The position numbers and the translations under genes were made by a program. Below, piece by piece: positions 28,352-37,984 of a stretch of 64,000 bases of DNA. Under the pieces are notes generated by a model. That model saw nothing but the letters and a program-made list of their open reading frames with translations, ran no database searches and had not been told where the DNA came from. Every line of letters starts with the position of its first letter. Position 1 is the stretch's first letter. The stretch is from the IMG/VR virus record IMGVR_UViG_3300020608_000013, positions 148,021 to 212,020 of that record; one strand, given 5' to 3'.

Positions 28352-29110
28352 TTATACTAATTGTTTCTCCAGCGATTCTGTTTGACCGCTACATGCAAGG
28401 ACTAGTAGTATAGTATTTAACTCGTTAAAGTTCCTATGGTTTAAGGACAGCATTTTACCCACAACATCATCTTTACCAGATGAGTTCTGTTCGATACGTT
28501 TATAGGTATTCACCGCACGACTTAAAAGCTCTTCACTATGGCGAAAGAGTAATTTCTCGACAATCTTATCAGGTCGATCCCATGACCCTATAATAGTAGT
28601 AAGGTGTTGCGATAAGGCTTGCTCGACTTCCCAAGGTAGGTCTAACCATACGGGTGGTTTTTGCATATACTGGAGTAGTAACCCTACATTAAGAATATCG
28701 CTATGAGCGCACCGAATACTCTTTAAGTATACTGCGGCGGCACTTAACGTCGCTAATGTCATATTATCGAGCGTTACACGGTTTTTAAAGTAATGTGGTA
28801 TTATGTTACTAAACAGAAAGTGTAAGAACAGATCGTCGTCCAAAATAGAAACTTTACCATTAACATAAGCTGTACACATATCGGTTAAAATACGCTGGAA
28901 TTTCTTAATGACAAAACTATCTAGCCCACCCGACCGTTCGACAAGGGTGCGGGGTACGCTGATACGGTTACTATCAGCACTATCAATAACCTCTTGACTG
29001 AAATATTGAAAAGGTGAGAATATATTATCTTCTACTGCACTACGGAAAACATTTTCAGCTCTTCTCAATACGAACACTTCTTGATATTGTACGCTTAATG
29101 TAGTTTTCAT
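28352..29110 (-). CDS. Hypothetical protein, paralogue pair D (252 aa)
   Basis: QYFSQE / SILDDDLFLHFL similar to HYFTKE / SIDKDPFILYL of the next gene. Confidence 0.8.
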   Translation of the reverse strand: MKTTLSVQYQEVFVLRRAENVFRSAVEDNIFSPFQYFSQEVIDSADSNRISVPRTLVERSGGLDSFVIKKFQRILTDMCTAYVNGKVSILDDDLFLHFLFSNIIPHYFKNRVTLDNMTLATLSAAAVYLKSIRCAHSDILNVGLLLQYMQKPPVWLDLPWEVEQALSQHLTTIIGSWDRPDKIVEKLLFRHSEELLSRAVNTYKRIEQNSSGKDDVVGKMLSLNHRNFNELNTILLVLACSGQTESLEKQLV

Positions 29111-29976
29111 TACTTTACTCCTAAAAAAGTTTTAGCTTGACTTACGAAACGTGGCATAACACTGTCTGTAGGGATCATTACAGGCTTTTCATTTTCGTGT
29201 AAGGGTGTAAGTCTTAGTGTTGGTAAATTATCGAAAAAACGCTGTTTAAGCTCGGCTACGATTTTTGGGTGGCGTAACCAACGGGCCAGCTCTTCGCCTT
29301 CATAGTTACCGAAACTTCCGCGTAATTTATCTAACTTGTTAGAGGTGAGGTGGAGATGTAATTGCTTAATTTGTCCCTCGCTCAACTTGTCAAATAAGTT
29401 ATGGCTTAACCCTTTATATCGCACAGGATGACCAGCTAATAAAACATCTACAAATTCGTCGACGATGGGTGCAAAAGGCCGTTGTACCATGTTTTCTATA
29501 TGCGATTCACAATGTGCGAGCACCTCATCAACATACCCTTGTAATTTCCAGCTATCTAAAGCGTGTATATCCATATACCGAATCATTTCTTCAATGATAG
29601 GTTGCTCTGGATCGTTGAAATCTAATTCATTTATCGGTGTTCGACTAACTTTCTCAATCGCACGTACAGTTAGGTAAAGGATGAATGGGTCTTTATCAAT
29701 CGAGAAATTAGAGCCAAAACTGTACAGTTGTAAAACATCTTTACAGAACGCATCGCGCTTTTCAACACTATCCTGCTCCCAGAAAATTGGTTCGTCGTTT
29801 ACGTGAGTACAAGATGTATTTATTAACGTATTCCACTCTTCTTTGGTGAAATAATGATAGATTACGTTATTACATGCTAGACTCTCCTTATTTAACTCAT
29901 TAGTAATTGAACTAAAAAATGACACGACAGGTTTTAATAGGATCAGTTCTTTATTCACGGAGGTGTACATTAACAT
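29110..29976 (-). CDS. Hypothetical protein, paralogue pair D (288 aa)
   Basis: ORF track; see 28352..29110. Confidence 0.8.
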   Translation of the reverse strand: MLMYTSVNKELILLKPVVSFFSSITNELNKESLACNNVIYHYFTKEEWNTLINTSCTHVNDEPIFWEQDSVEKRDAFCKDVLQLYSFGSNFSIDKDPFILYLTVRAIEKVSRTPINELDFNDPEQPIIEEMIRYMDIHALDSWKLQGYVDEVLAHCESHIENMVQRPFAPIVDEFVDVLLAGHPVRYKGLSHNLFDKLSEGQIKQLHLHLTSNKLDKLRGSFGNYEGEELARWLRHPKIVAELKQRFFDNLPTLRLTPLHENEKPVMIPTDSVMPRFVSQAKTFLGVK

Positions 29977-29993
29977 AGTCTCTTATTTTATTT

Positions 29994-30027
29994 AAAAAAA
30001 AATAGGTGTTGGTCGCCAACCAACACC
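29994..30027 (-). terminator. Intrinsic terminator
   Basis: GGTGTTGGT/ACCAACACC stem then T9 on the - strand. Confidence 0.75.
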
Positions 30028-30046
30028 CCACGGTTTACTACAACTT

Positions 30047-31102
30047 TCAACGTTCGTTCAATTCTGTGACGAACCTAACCAGTTGTTCTTTAAAAGCTTC
30101 GAGATCGGGTTCATGTAATTTACATGGGCCAAGTTCTTCGAGACCTTTCAAGGGTCGAATTTCTCCCGCAATGTAAGCTTTCAATAACACTTTTTCAAAC
30201 CCTAATAGTTGATCACTAACTCTAGGTATGAATTGATTAAGCGGGAAGGGATTTTGACTATCGTTGAACTGATCACCCACTACCTCTTTCCAGATAGTGT
30301 ATTTAGCGTAGGCTAAATATGAATTAATACGAACCACTTTGTTATCTACGACTGAGGCTTTCGTGCAGATCAAATCCACTCTTTTAACGAGTAGGTCGAC
30401 TAAATTATTCACTCTATCAGTGAGACAAATTGGTAATTGTGTCCCTGTTGAAGGAGTGGTTCGAGAAGGTGGTGTTGTTCTCGCGTACTCATTAACTTGT
30501 ATATGGAAACCTTCGTAAGTGACAGTGACAGGACAATACCCGTGCTGCGTAACAATATCGCCTACATAAGCGCGTAAGTTATCAAGAATTGTATTAGCGA
30601 TAACATCGTAAGTTACAGTGGTCTGTGTAGAGCCGTTATAGCAGTCGATAATACCTGTAGCTAACGACTCCACCCATTTATCAATACCTGTGTCATCACT
30701 AAAAGTGATATTATTTAAACGCGACTTACGGTAATCATCGTCGTTCAACATGGCTAAAAATAGCCGCGTATCGCCGTTCAAATAGTTACTTAGCAGTTTA
30801 TTAAAGTTGTTGGAAGTCGCGCATTTAGGACATAGCTCGATAGCTCTAAACATTATAAAAGCTTTGAGCGTATTATATTTTTCTGGCACGTATGCAACGG
30901 CGAATGGTTTAAAATCGCGGTCTAGTCTAAACCCAGCATCTAGTATTTTAGTAAAGTCGTCTCTAGTGACGGCTCTTGTACTCTTAGCAATCGCATCCAA
31001 GACACTTTCACTAATATCATATTCTTTACAAAGAGCTTCTAAACCCCCGTCATGCAGGTAGTGTAAGGGCTTTACACTTAACTTGGTGGGTGCTAATTTC
31101 AT
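30047..31102 (-). CDS. Hypothetical protein (351 aa)
   Basis: ORF track; AAGGAG RBS. Confidence 0.85.
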   Translation of the reverse strand: MKLAPTKLSVKPLHYLHDGGLEALCKEYDISESVLDAIAKSTRAVTRDDFTKILDAGFRLDRDFKPFAVAYVPEKYNTLKAFIMFRAIELCPKCATSNNFNKLLSNYLNGDTRLFLAMLNDDDYRKSRLNNITFSDDTGIDKWVESLATGIIDCYNGSTQTTVTYDVIANTILDNLRAYVGDIVTQHGYCPVTVTYEGFHIQVNEYARTTPPSRTTPSTGTQLPICLTDRVNNLVDLLVKRVDLICTKASVVDNKVVRINSYLAYAKYTIWKEVVGDQFNDSQNPFPLNQFIPRVSDQLLGFEKVLLKAYIAGEIRPLKGLEELGPCKLHEPDLEAFKEQLVRFVTELNER

Positions 31103-31431
31103 GACATCTCCTTTTTATCGCCGTGTATGTGGTTTAGGTATTTAACTTCATCAATAAGTGCGTCGAGCGCTTTATTGACCAATGGGTATAGTGGTTGCCC
31201 TGTAAAATACACCTTTGTTTCTTCAGGTTCGTTAATAAACTCAGTTGTTGTACGGTTGAATAACATAGGCTCGACTTGTTTAAGTTCGCGTCTTGTGTAA
31301 AAAGATGCAAAAAGACTAAGAATGTCTTCTGGTGCCAGTTTAATTACTGTATTGTAATAGTAATGTACTAAACTTAGTTTTTCTTTTAAAGATTGTTCAT
31401 CAATTTTAAAAATTGTATATTTTGACTCCAT
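31099..31431 (-). CDS. Hypothetical protein (110 aa)
   Basis: ORF track; AAGGAG RBS. Confidence 0.8.
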   Translation of the reverse strand: MESKYTIFKIDEQSLKEKLSLVHYYYNTVIKLAPEDILSLFASFYTRRELKQVEPMLFNRTTTEFINEPEETKVYFTGQPLYPLVNKALDALIDEVKYLNHIHGDKKEMS

Positions 31432-31509
31432 TTGAGTTCTCCTTTATTTCTCACTATATTTACTTACACGGTATTTTATTACCGTGTAAGCTGTTACAAA
31501 ATATGTTGT

Positions 31510-32088
31510 TTATTTAAATAAGTTTTTCAATCGACTTACAACATATTTTAAAGACCCCATTAACTGTTTTGTAATTAAGGTAGCGGCTAACGTAAAATTA
31601 AAACTAGTTTTCTCCATATTAGAAACTTTATCAATAGTGTGTGGTACATACCCATTTAGAAAAAGAAAGTAATGGTTTGTATCACCACCATCGTCGACCG
31701 CATGAATAATATTAACGCCCCCACTCAAAGGTTTTGTAACACGATGCTTTAACCACTTAATGTGATAGATAATACTATAACGCTCCTTTCCCACCCTAGT
31801 ATTGACCCATTTCACAATAGGGTGGTAATAAGAATAACCTTTATCAATTACCTCTACTTCATTTAATAGATTAACGTCAATAGATTCTAAAAACCGTTTA
31901 TTGTTTAAGCAAATTAAATTAATTATAAATAACGGTTTATCAACGCGGACATAACTTACCACAGGGATAATTAATTTACTATTTTTAAAGAACGTATATA
32001 GTGTATCATAGTTTATCCTACATTCGTAATAATCTACTACATAAGTCCAATTTTTAGCAAACATTTCTTCTTTACTAAATACATGCAT
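31510..32088 (-). CDS. Hypothetical protein, paralogue pair E (192 aa)
   Basis: IINLICLNNKRFLESIDVN...KWVN shared with the next gene. Confidence 0.8.
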   Translation of the reverse strand: MHVFSKEEMFAKNWTYVVDYYECRINYDTLYTFFKNSKLIIPVVSYVRVDKPLFIINLICLNNKRFLESIDVNLLNEVEVIDKGYSYYHPIVKWVNTRVGKERYSIIYHIKWLKHRVTKPLSGGVNIIHAVDDGGDTNHYFLFLNGYVPHTIDKVSNMEKTSFNFTLAATLITKQLMGSLKYVVSRLKNLFK

Positions 32089-32110
32089 AATAGCTTCCCC
32101 TACATTTTAC

Positions 32111-32623
32111 TTAAAAGTGGCGTTTAAACCAATTTAAACACTTTCTAAAAAACGACTCTACCTCTTCAAATGGCAGAGGGTTTACAGAAAGGTTATAATT
32201 TTCATTTAACCCGTAGCGGTGGTTTAACCATATAATCATACCAACATCGTCTTTTAGAACACTCATCTTTTCAAGTATGTTATCGGGGCAATCGGGTAGA
32301 TTATGGTCTAGGAGTCGTTCTATGTGACCAACTGCTAGTTTACGATCGTTTTGGGGTAAACCATTTACCCATTTTGAAAAGTAAACATGGTCTTTAAAAA
32401 GCGCTGTGCTCGTAAGTACCCCACCATTTAAATCGATATTATCCAGTAAGTAGTCGTCATTTATACACACTAAGTCGATTACATACCTAACATCTAAAGG
32501 GACAATGAGTTGCCTAGGCATAACCAACATTAAACCCATTGCTTTTTCGACATACGCTTCATACCTGTGGGGGTGCTCGTATAGTTCAACAAAAAACAAG
32601 GGTACGTTTATACCTGATTCCAT
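32111..32623 (-). CDS. Hypothetical protein, paralogue pair E (170 aa)
   Basis: VIDLVCINDDYLLDNIDLN...KWVN. Confidence 0.8.
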   Translation of the reverse strand: MESGINVPLFFVELYEHPHRYEAYVEKAMGLMLVMPRQLIVPLDVRYVIDLVCINDDYLLDNIDLNGGVLTSTALFKDHVYFSKWVNGLPQNDRKLAVGHIERLLDHNLPDCPDNILEKMSVLKDDVGMIIWLNHRYGLNENYNLSVNPLPFEEVESFFRKCLNWFKRHF

Positions 32624-34305
32624 TTACGACCCCCATTGTGAGGTTGCGTAATAACGTTTACGCTTTTACCCATCTTCGTCAGTCGTTTAAAATTTTCCAT
32701 ACTACCAACTGACTTCCCATCCCATATTACAATACCTCTCGTACAATCCGTACTCATGTGAAAGTCTTTAGCCATGTGTAAGATACGTCCGTTACTACTC
32801 TTCGCTTCGATGTAGCGTAAATGGAATAGACCGCTTGCTAAATTACGCGGTTGTTTACCTGAGTAGTAGACCATCACATTCTTTTCATAGTGGTGCTTCT
32901 TCAAGTATTCTTGTACAAGCGTGTCTACACCGCTACAATCCCCCACAAACACGATTTCGTTATTAGTCATTAAAACATCAAGTCCTTTAATCACTTTAGG
33001 AGGTAATTCTCGTACAATAGACCGAGACCCACTTATGAAGACACTATCTCGACCACTAAATAAGTCAGCAAGAGGTTCTTTCAATAGCTGCTTAATAATG
33101 TTGTCAAACTCAACCACTAAAACGGAATCTACATTAGTGACATCTACACTATGCTCAAACACCTTGAGAATAATAGAAAAATATTCATTATTATTCATTT
33201 TATTTTGAGCCACTTGTTCTTTAACACAAGCGATTATTTCATCACTATCTCTAAAGATAGTGTATTCTTGACATATTTTTTCCAGTATAGCGATCCCTGT
33301 CGCAACGCTAGTATTTAATATAGCATCAATATTACCTTCAATAGCTTGCTTAAAACTAGCTATTGTCTTTACAGGTGTTATTGTAATACCCCCTGTTATT
33401 AACGTTTCAAAGAGTTTTTCAAAACTCTTCTCAGCTTCTAAAGTACTCCCAAGATTATCGAAATAATCACCCATGTCATCAATAGTCAACCCGTTAATAA
33501 CCTCTACAGACTTGTTAAATAAGGTATTAAGTTCGTTCAATACGCGTTGATATTGCTCAGTGATATTATAAGACGCGATCTCTCCTTCAGATAGTGCGTA
33601 GGGTTCGAGAACCTTTCGTAAAAAGTAAATAAGCGTATTAGTGTCACCATTACCCAATACACCCGTTAACGCTACATCGCCCATAGCTTCTAAATCACGG
33701 GTCACACCATATGCACGCTCCACCTCTACTAGGAAGTTTAATATGGTGTAATTAGCTCGCTCTACTTTACTATTAATTATGTTCAGTATATCGTATAGTG
33801 CGGTAACTACCACGACATCATTCACATAAAACAAGGTTTCTTCGCTACTTTCCCTAGCCTCTTCCAGTATTTCACCGACCAATCCGTCGTTTACTCTACC
33901 AGTTTCTTCAAGTTTAAAAGTTGCGTATTCTAATATCTCCTTTTTAAATTCTATTAATACTGAATTTATCATTTTAATATCAATAGACATTAAGCATAGG
34001 TCGAGGTCATGAGTGGTCAACCCAGATTTAAACACTTTTAGTACATCAGGTTTTGACCGCCCGTCATTAATAATCTTTACTATTTTATCATTGTCAAAGC
34101 CAAACTTTAGTCTATTATTTAACCATAATAACGTTTGCGTGAACCCTTTTGTATTGAGGGCACGTAGATCACTTTCGCTTAATTCAATAAGTATGAAGCC
34201 GTTAATATGCTTTTTACAAGCTTCTTTATCCTTTTCAGAGTACTCTGTGTTAGGTAGTGTTAGCGAATCTGCTATATCGTTTAATAATGTATTTTTTACT
34301 TTCAT
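32608..34305 (-). CDS. 565-aa protein: helical N-terminus fused to a C-terminal SLOG-superfamily (DprA/YspA-like Rossmann) domain
   Basis: FISGSRSI, VFVGDCSGVDTLVQEYL, KDFHM, IVIWDGKSVGS motifs in the last ~135 aa. Confidence 0.75.
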   Translation of the reverse strand: MKVKNTLLNDIADSLTLPNTEYSEKDKEACKKHINGFILIELSESDLRALNTKGFTQTLLWLNNRLKFGFDNDKIVKIINDGRSKPDVLKVFKSGLTTHDLDLCLMSIDIKMINSVLIEFKKEILEYATFKLEETGRVNDGLVGEILEEARESSEETLFYVNDVVVVTALYDILNIINSKVERANYTILNFLVEVERAYGVTRDLEAMGDVALTGVLGNGDTNTLIYFLRKVLEPYALSEGEIASYNITEQYQRVLNELNTLFNKSVEVINGLTIDDMGDYFDNLGSTLEAEKSFEKLFETLITGGITITPVKTIASFKQAIEGNIDAILNTSVATGIAILEKICQEYTIFRDSDEIIACVKEQVAQNKMNNNEYFSIILKVFEHSVDVTNVDSVLVVEFDNIIKQLLKEPLADLFSGRDSVFISGSRSIVRELPPKVIKGLDVLMTNNEIVFVGDCSGVDTLVQEYLKKHHYEKNVMVYYSGKQPRNLASGLFHLRYIEAKSSNGRILHMAKDFHMSTDCTRGIVIWDGKSVGSMENFKRLTKMGKSVNVITQPHNGGRKWNQV

Positions 34306-34466
34306 GTTGATTTCCTAATTGTTGAAAAAATTTACCAATAACCCATTTCTTAATTTTACATTAGAACCTCCTTCATTTCTACACAAACTATTTTTTTAAA
34401 GTGGTAAAAAAATATTAAAACAGATTATGTATAGGAGGTAGTCTAACTACCTCCCATACATCCACG

Positions 34467-34619
34467 CTACTCTTCTAAATCACGGTGCAGGTGTTCGCCT
34501 ACATCGATTGGCTCACTATCATCGTCGTCATCATCAATGGAGTCTACCACGGCATCAAACGTCAGTGACTCATCTTCTGGCAAACATTTTACCAAAAGGT
34601 TTATTAATTGTTCGATCAT
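34467..34619 (-). CDS. Unannotated acidic microprotein (50 aa, MIEQLINLLVKCLPEDESLTFDAVVDSIDDDDDDSEPIDVGEHLHRDLEE)
   Basis: Translated by hand; GGAGG RBS; ATGA overlap with the upstream gene; 18 D/E. Confidence 0.7.
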   Translation of the reverse strand: MIEQLINLLVKCLPEDESLTFDAVVDSIDDDDDDSEPIDVGEHLHRDLEE

Positions 34620-34882
34620 GAATCGCCCTCCGTCTCAATACTACACTCTCTCAAATAGAGTTGTGTCACAGAACGATCTAACAAAATACCAGCTTTGTTA
34701 GTTTTAGGGTAACTATACACTCTGTCTAGAAGCCTCCTCCGCACCTCTGCTAAAGTCGCGTTTGGTGTGAAAACCAGCCCACAATCCCTCTCTAATAATT
34801 GACGGACTTTCACTACATCAAGTTGTCTTGAATGTCGCTCGATGACAACAGACACTGTGAAAAAATATGATACGTCGTTCAT
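34616..34882 (-). CDS. Hypothetical protein (88 aa)
   Basis: ORF track; GAGG RBS. Confidence 0.75.
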   Translation of the reverse strand: MNDVSYFFTVSVVIERHSRQLDVVKVRQLLERDCGLVFTPNATLAEVRRRLLDRVYSYPKTNKAGILLDRSVTQLYLRECSIETEGDS

Positions 34883-34898
34883 AATAACCTCTTATTAC

Positions 34899-35333
34899 TT
34901 AAGTTAAATTGTATCCACTACCGCAAATTACGGCAATGTAAGCTTTTGTACACTCTCTTATCAATTCTTTCTTTATACGAGGGTTCTTAATCGTGTTAAT
35001 TTTCGCTAATGATGATTTAATAACCATAAGTCTAACCTCCATATAATCGTCTTTTAACTCCCCCTCAGTGAGAGGGTTTTCTAATTTACTATAAAACGAA
35101 CAATCCTCCATTAAACGATTGTAGATGTTTTGGTATAGGAGACCCCTCATTTGCCCCTCTAGTACCTCTTTTTCTTTACGTAATGTTGTTCTTAAAAGAG
35201 CATCGTCGACGCTATCCTCATCTACCACATTCCATCGTTTTTTCAACTTAGACAAGTTTACATCACTCAGCTCTAGCTCGCGCTCTAGAAGCAATTGGGT
35301 AGGCATATCACCTAAGAATTTTAAGTGGTTCAT
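34899..35333 (-). CDS. Hypothetical protein (144 aa)
   Basis: ORF track. Confidence 0.75.
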   Translation of the reverse strand: MNHLKFLGDMPTQLLLERELELSDVNLSKLKKRWNVVDEDSVDDALLRTTLRKEKEVLEGQMRGLLYQNIYNRLMEDCSFYSKLENPLTEGELKDDYMEVRLMVIKSSLAKINTIKNPRIKKELIRECTKAYIAVICGSGYNLT

Positions 35334-35338
35334 ATTAT

Positions 35339-35788
35339 CTATCCTATATCATATATTACGAAATGGGTGTCTGTCCCCATGTATTTTTCAATCATCGACG
35401 GGTATACGTCAGACCTTTCCAGTTTACCTAAACCACAACCTAATGGTGGTAACGCGACTGAATGTAGATTCATGTCTACACTACATTGATATATTACATC
35501 TATCGCGGCTTTCACATACTCTTTCGTAGACTCATCTTTCCAATGTTTTTTAGTCGGTACGTTTAGTATGTAGTATGGCGCATAAGCGCCGTTAATTGAG
35601 TGGATCAACGCGCTCCCTATACGAAGACGACCTTCGCTACAAGCCTCTTTATAAAGAGTGTAGTTTTCAGGGTAATGGTTCTTAAACGCCAGTGCGAGAC
35701 CTGCGCCTGAAACACCGACAGTGTTAACAGGGTTGATAATCGCCATCTCTGTGGCGTTAAAGATATTCCCACGCTTAAAGGTTATCAT
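35339..35788 (-). CDS. Macrodomain ADP-ribosylhydrolase, DarG/TARG1-like (149 aa)
   Basis: GNIF, NPVNTVGVSGAGLALAFK, NVPTKKHW (Lys at the DarG catalytic position), ALPPLGCGLG. Confidence 0.9.
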   Translation of the reverse strand: MITFKRGNIFNATEMAIINPVNTVGVSGAGLALAFKNHYPENYTLYKEACSEGRLRIGSALIHSINGAYAPYYILNVPTKKHWKDESTKEYVKAAIDVIYQCSVDMNLHSVALPPLGCGLGKLERSDVYPSMIEKYMGTDTHFVIYDIG

Positions 35789-36591
35789 ACACTCCCCAGA
35801 CCCTTTAACTTTTTACGTAAGATGCGCTCTCTTACAAAACTATATGGTGCTGTATAGAAAAATTTAAGTTTAGGCACTAGTCTTTCCTCTTTTAAATGAG
35901 CAACTAGGCTCTCTACAAGCACTTTTAAAAGTTTAGGGTTCGTTGTTTGGTACATAATAAGAGACATTTGTACACTCCCTTTATCAAGTGTACTTATTAC
36001 GTCTTTTATTTCGGTATAAAAATGTAAAGACCCCCACGTAATATTTTTCTCCTTACACACCATGTAAAGTCTCAATGCGAACAGAACGTAAGTAGTACGT
36101 GACTTAACCCCAAACTTACCATCAATGACTAACCTTGCTAGACTAACCGTATTCTCTTCCGTCATTGAGTTATCATGGCTCAATTCTGGTAAAGGGTGTG
36201 CGGCGGTAACTATTCGCCATTTTAGTAGCCCGTCTAACCATAACTCTCTCACAAGCGTTAATGGGTGTGTATAAGGTAGATATGTAAACCCTAACAATTC
36301 TCTTGCTGTAAAAAAAACATGTGCGCCTGCAATGATGTACTTGTGGTCCATTTCAACATAACGCTGTAACCGCTCTTTAACAACCTTATCTTTAACGTGA
36401 TCAATCTCTCGCACTATTATATCTCTTATACGGTCCTCATTTACAGGGACAGTCTCCTTCTCTGTCATATTACTTAACTTTAAGTAAAATATTGTTAATT
36501 CATTACGGGCGCTCGTCCCATGCTGGTAGAATAATGTAGTGGACACCCAGTCCACTAAGTCTACTAATATTTTCTTATCTAGCTTACTCAT
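35785..36591 (-). CDS. Hypothetical protein (268 aa)
   Basis: ORF track; ATGA overlap. Confidence 0.8.
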   Translation of the reverse strand: MSKLDKKILVDLVDWVSTTLFYQHGTSARNELTIFYLKLSNMTEKETVPVNEDRIRDIIVREIDHVKDKVVKERLQRYVEMDHKYIIAGAHVFFTARELLGFTYLPYTHPLTLVRELWLDGLLKWRIVTAAHPLPELSHDNSMTEENTVSLARLVIDGKFGVKSRTTYVLFALRLYMVCKEKNITWGSLHFYTEIKDVISTLDKGSVQMSLIMYQTTNPKLLKVLVESLVAHLKEERLVPKLKFFYTAPYSFVRERILRKKLKGLGSV

Positions 36592-36613
36592 TTTAAAATA
36601 CCTTTTAGTATGA

Positions 36614-36639
36614 GACCATGTTCATATATGAACATGGTC
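36614..36639. repeat. 26-bp perfect intergenic palindrome
   Basis: GACCATGTTCATA/TATGAACATGGTC. Confidence 0.85.
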
Positions 36640-36656
36640 GTGATTAAGCGCTTGTT

Positions 36657-37064
36657 TTAGAATTTAACCCCGTTAAATTCTCCATATAAAGCGAAGAAAG
36701 TAATATGTACTAGCATCTCTTTGATGCGAGATTTATACGCCTTTAGGAAATAGCGAATATCACTTCTTCTATTACGGACTGCATAGGCCTGCATATAAAT
36801 ACGACCCAATTCAACCATCGTGATCTGATCTTTCTTACACAAGATCAAAATCCTCGTGCGCTCGCAAGGGAGCGAGTTTAACTTCTCTAATAGTTCGACG
36901 GCATCGTACGCCTCCCCCGTCACACTACATTCGTAATCTAGTACGAAAGCATGATTAAAAAAACCTGACAGGGTTTTCCGCGCTTCCACTCCTTTATTCC
37001 CATTTAGGATGTTTTTGAATTGAAGGAAGGTGTCATATTTTAATTGTTCACGACGTGTTGTCAT
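36657..37064 (-). CDS. Hypothetical protein (135 aa)
   Basis: ORF track; GAGG RBS; first gene after the promoter motif. Confidence 0.8.
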   Translation of the reverse strand: MTTRREQLKYDTFLQFKNILNGNKGVEARKTLSGFFNHAFVLDYECSVTGEAYDAVELLEKLNSLPCERTRILILCKKDQITMVELGRIYMQAYAVRNRRSDIRYFLKAYKSRIKEMLVHITFFALYGEFNGVKF

Positions 37065-37087
37065 CTTAATAACCTCTTATAAATTTA

Positions 37088-37127
37088 AAGTATGGTATTA
37101 TCCCTTAATACCATACTTATAATATAT
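37088..37127 (-). promoter_or_regulatory. Promoter motif (37118-37127) plus 13-bp hairpin (37088-37118)
   Basis: ATATATTATA overlapping AAGTATGGTATTA/TAATACCATACTT. Confidence 0.75.
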
Positions 37128-37155
37128 GTTTATAATTAGCTATATTAACCCTTTT

Positions 37156-37211
37156 AAAAAAAAATATGATGCATTAGTTAGTATAAAGGTGGAAAACCAC
37201 CTTTATACTAA
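37156..37211 (-). terminator. Intrinsic terminator closing the LRR array transcript
   Basis: 15-bp perfect stem, 4-nt loop, T9 tract downstream on the - strand. Confidence 0.75.
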
Positions 37212-37219
37212 TAGATATT

Positions 37220-37906
37220 TTACATAATATCTAGAACAGAGCCTTTAAAGAGTTCGGTGTTTAACACCTCACCTCCACTAACGTGGAGGTAGCCCAACTT
37301 GTCTAACGGTAGGTCTTTTAAATCGACTTTAAACCCCATTCCTGTAACAGAAAGAAAGTCTAAATGTTTATACCCTTTCAATAAACTGAAGTCTGGTTGA
37401 CTATCGACAGTCAGCATTATATTCAGCGCATCGTCTCTTAACCTGAAGATATTGTTGACAACATTACTACTAACGACCTCGATAGGCGCAATAAGTCCAC
37501 ATGACACCCCTCTAAAAGCTTCATCTGGGATGATAGTAGAGCCTTTTATAATCTCTCCAATTTCACGACGCACACGTACCTCAATACCAGCATCAATGCA
37601 AGCTAGTAAAGGTGCTACGTGTTTCTTGGCAGTACTACCTTCATAGTACACCGTCTTTAAGCCTTTAATGGCTGACAAGTCTTGCGTCTTAATACTACAA
37701 TTCTCAATAACAATACAATTTACGCTACCTGTGATTAGTACATCGTACACGAACCCGTCACCTGTGAATACAAGTGTATCAAGGTCTTGTTTAATAGCAA
37801 TTGGGTTTCTAATGGTGGCATTATTAAAAAATAATACATTTACTTTTACAGAAGAAACCATATTCTGACCAACGACTATTTCTTCAAAATATTTCACATT
37901 TTCCAT
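37220..37906 (-). CDS. LRR-like array protein (228 aa)
   Basis: LSAIKGLKTVYY, FSLLKGYKHLDFLSVTG, CIDAGIEV cap. Confidence 0.7.
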   Translation of the reverse strand: MENVKYFEEIVVGQNMVSSVKVNVLFFNNATIRNPIAIKQDLDTLVFTGDGFVYDVLITGSVNCIVIENCSIKTQDLSAIKGLKTVYYEGSTAKKHVAPLLACIDAGIEVRVRREIGEIIKGSTIIPDEAFRGVSCGLIAPIEVVSSNVVNNIFRLRDDALNIMLTVDSQPDFSLLKGYKHLDFLSVTGMGFKVDLKDLPLDKLGYLHVSGGEVLNTELFKGSVLDIM

Positions 37907-37984
37907 TTCTATTACCTTATATTAAAATTAATAGAAAGGTGGATAACTGACCACCTTTCTATACTAAACAATTAGACTATACCA

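Noticed and set aside
34340-34376. Strong AAGGAGG followed by ATG-TAA (start-stop) upstream of the SLOG gene
   Set aside because: Single occurrence with no conservation evidence; could be chance or the remnant of a lost small gene
10912-36639. Zero-spacer perfect palindromes (26-42 bp) as a special cruciform class
   Set aside because: Among dozens of hairpins a few self-complementary 4-nt loops are expected by chance; treated as ordinary stem-loops
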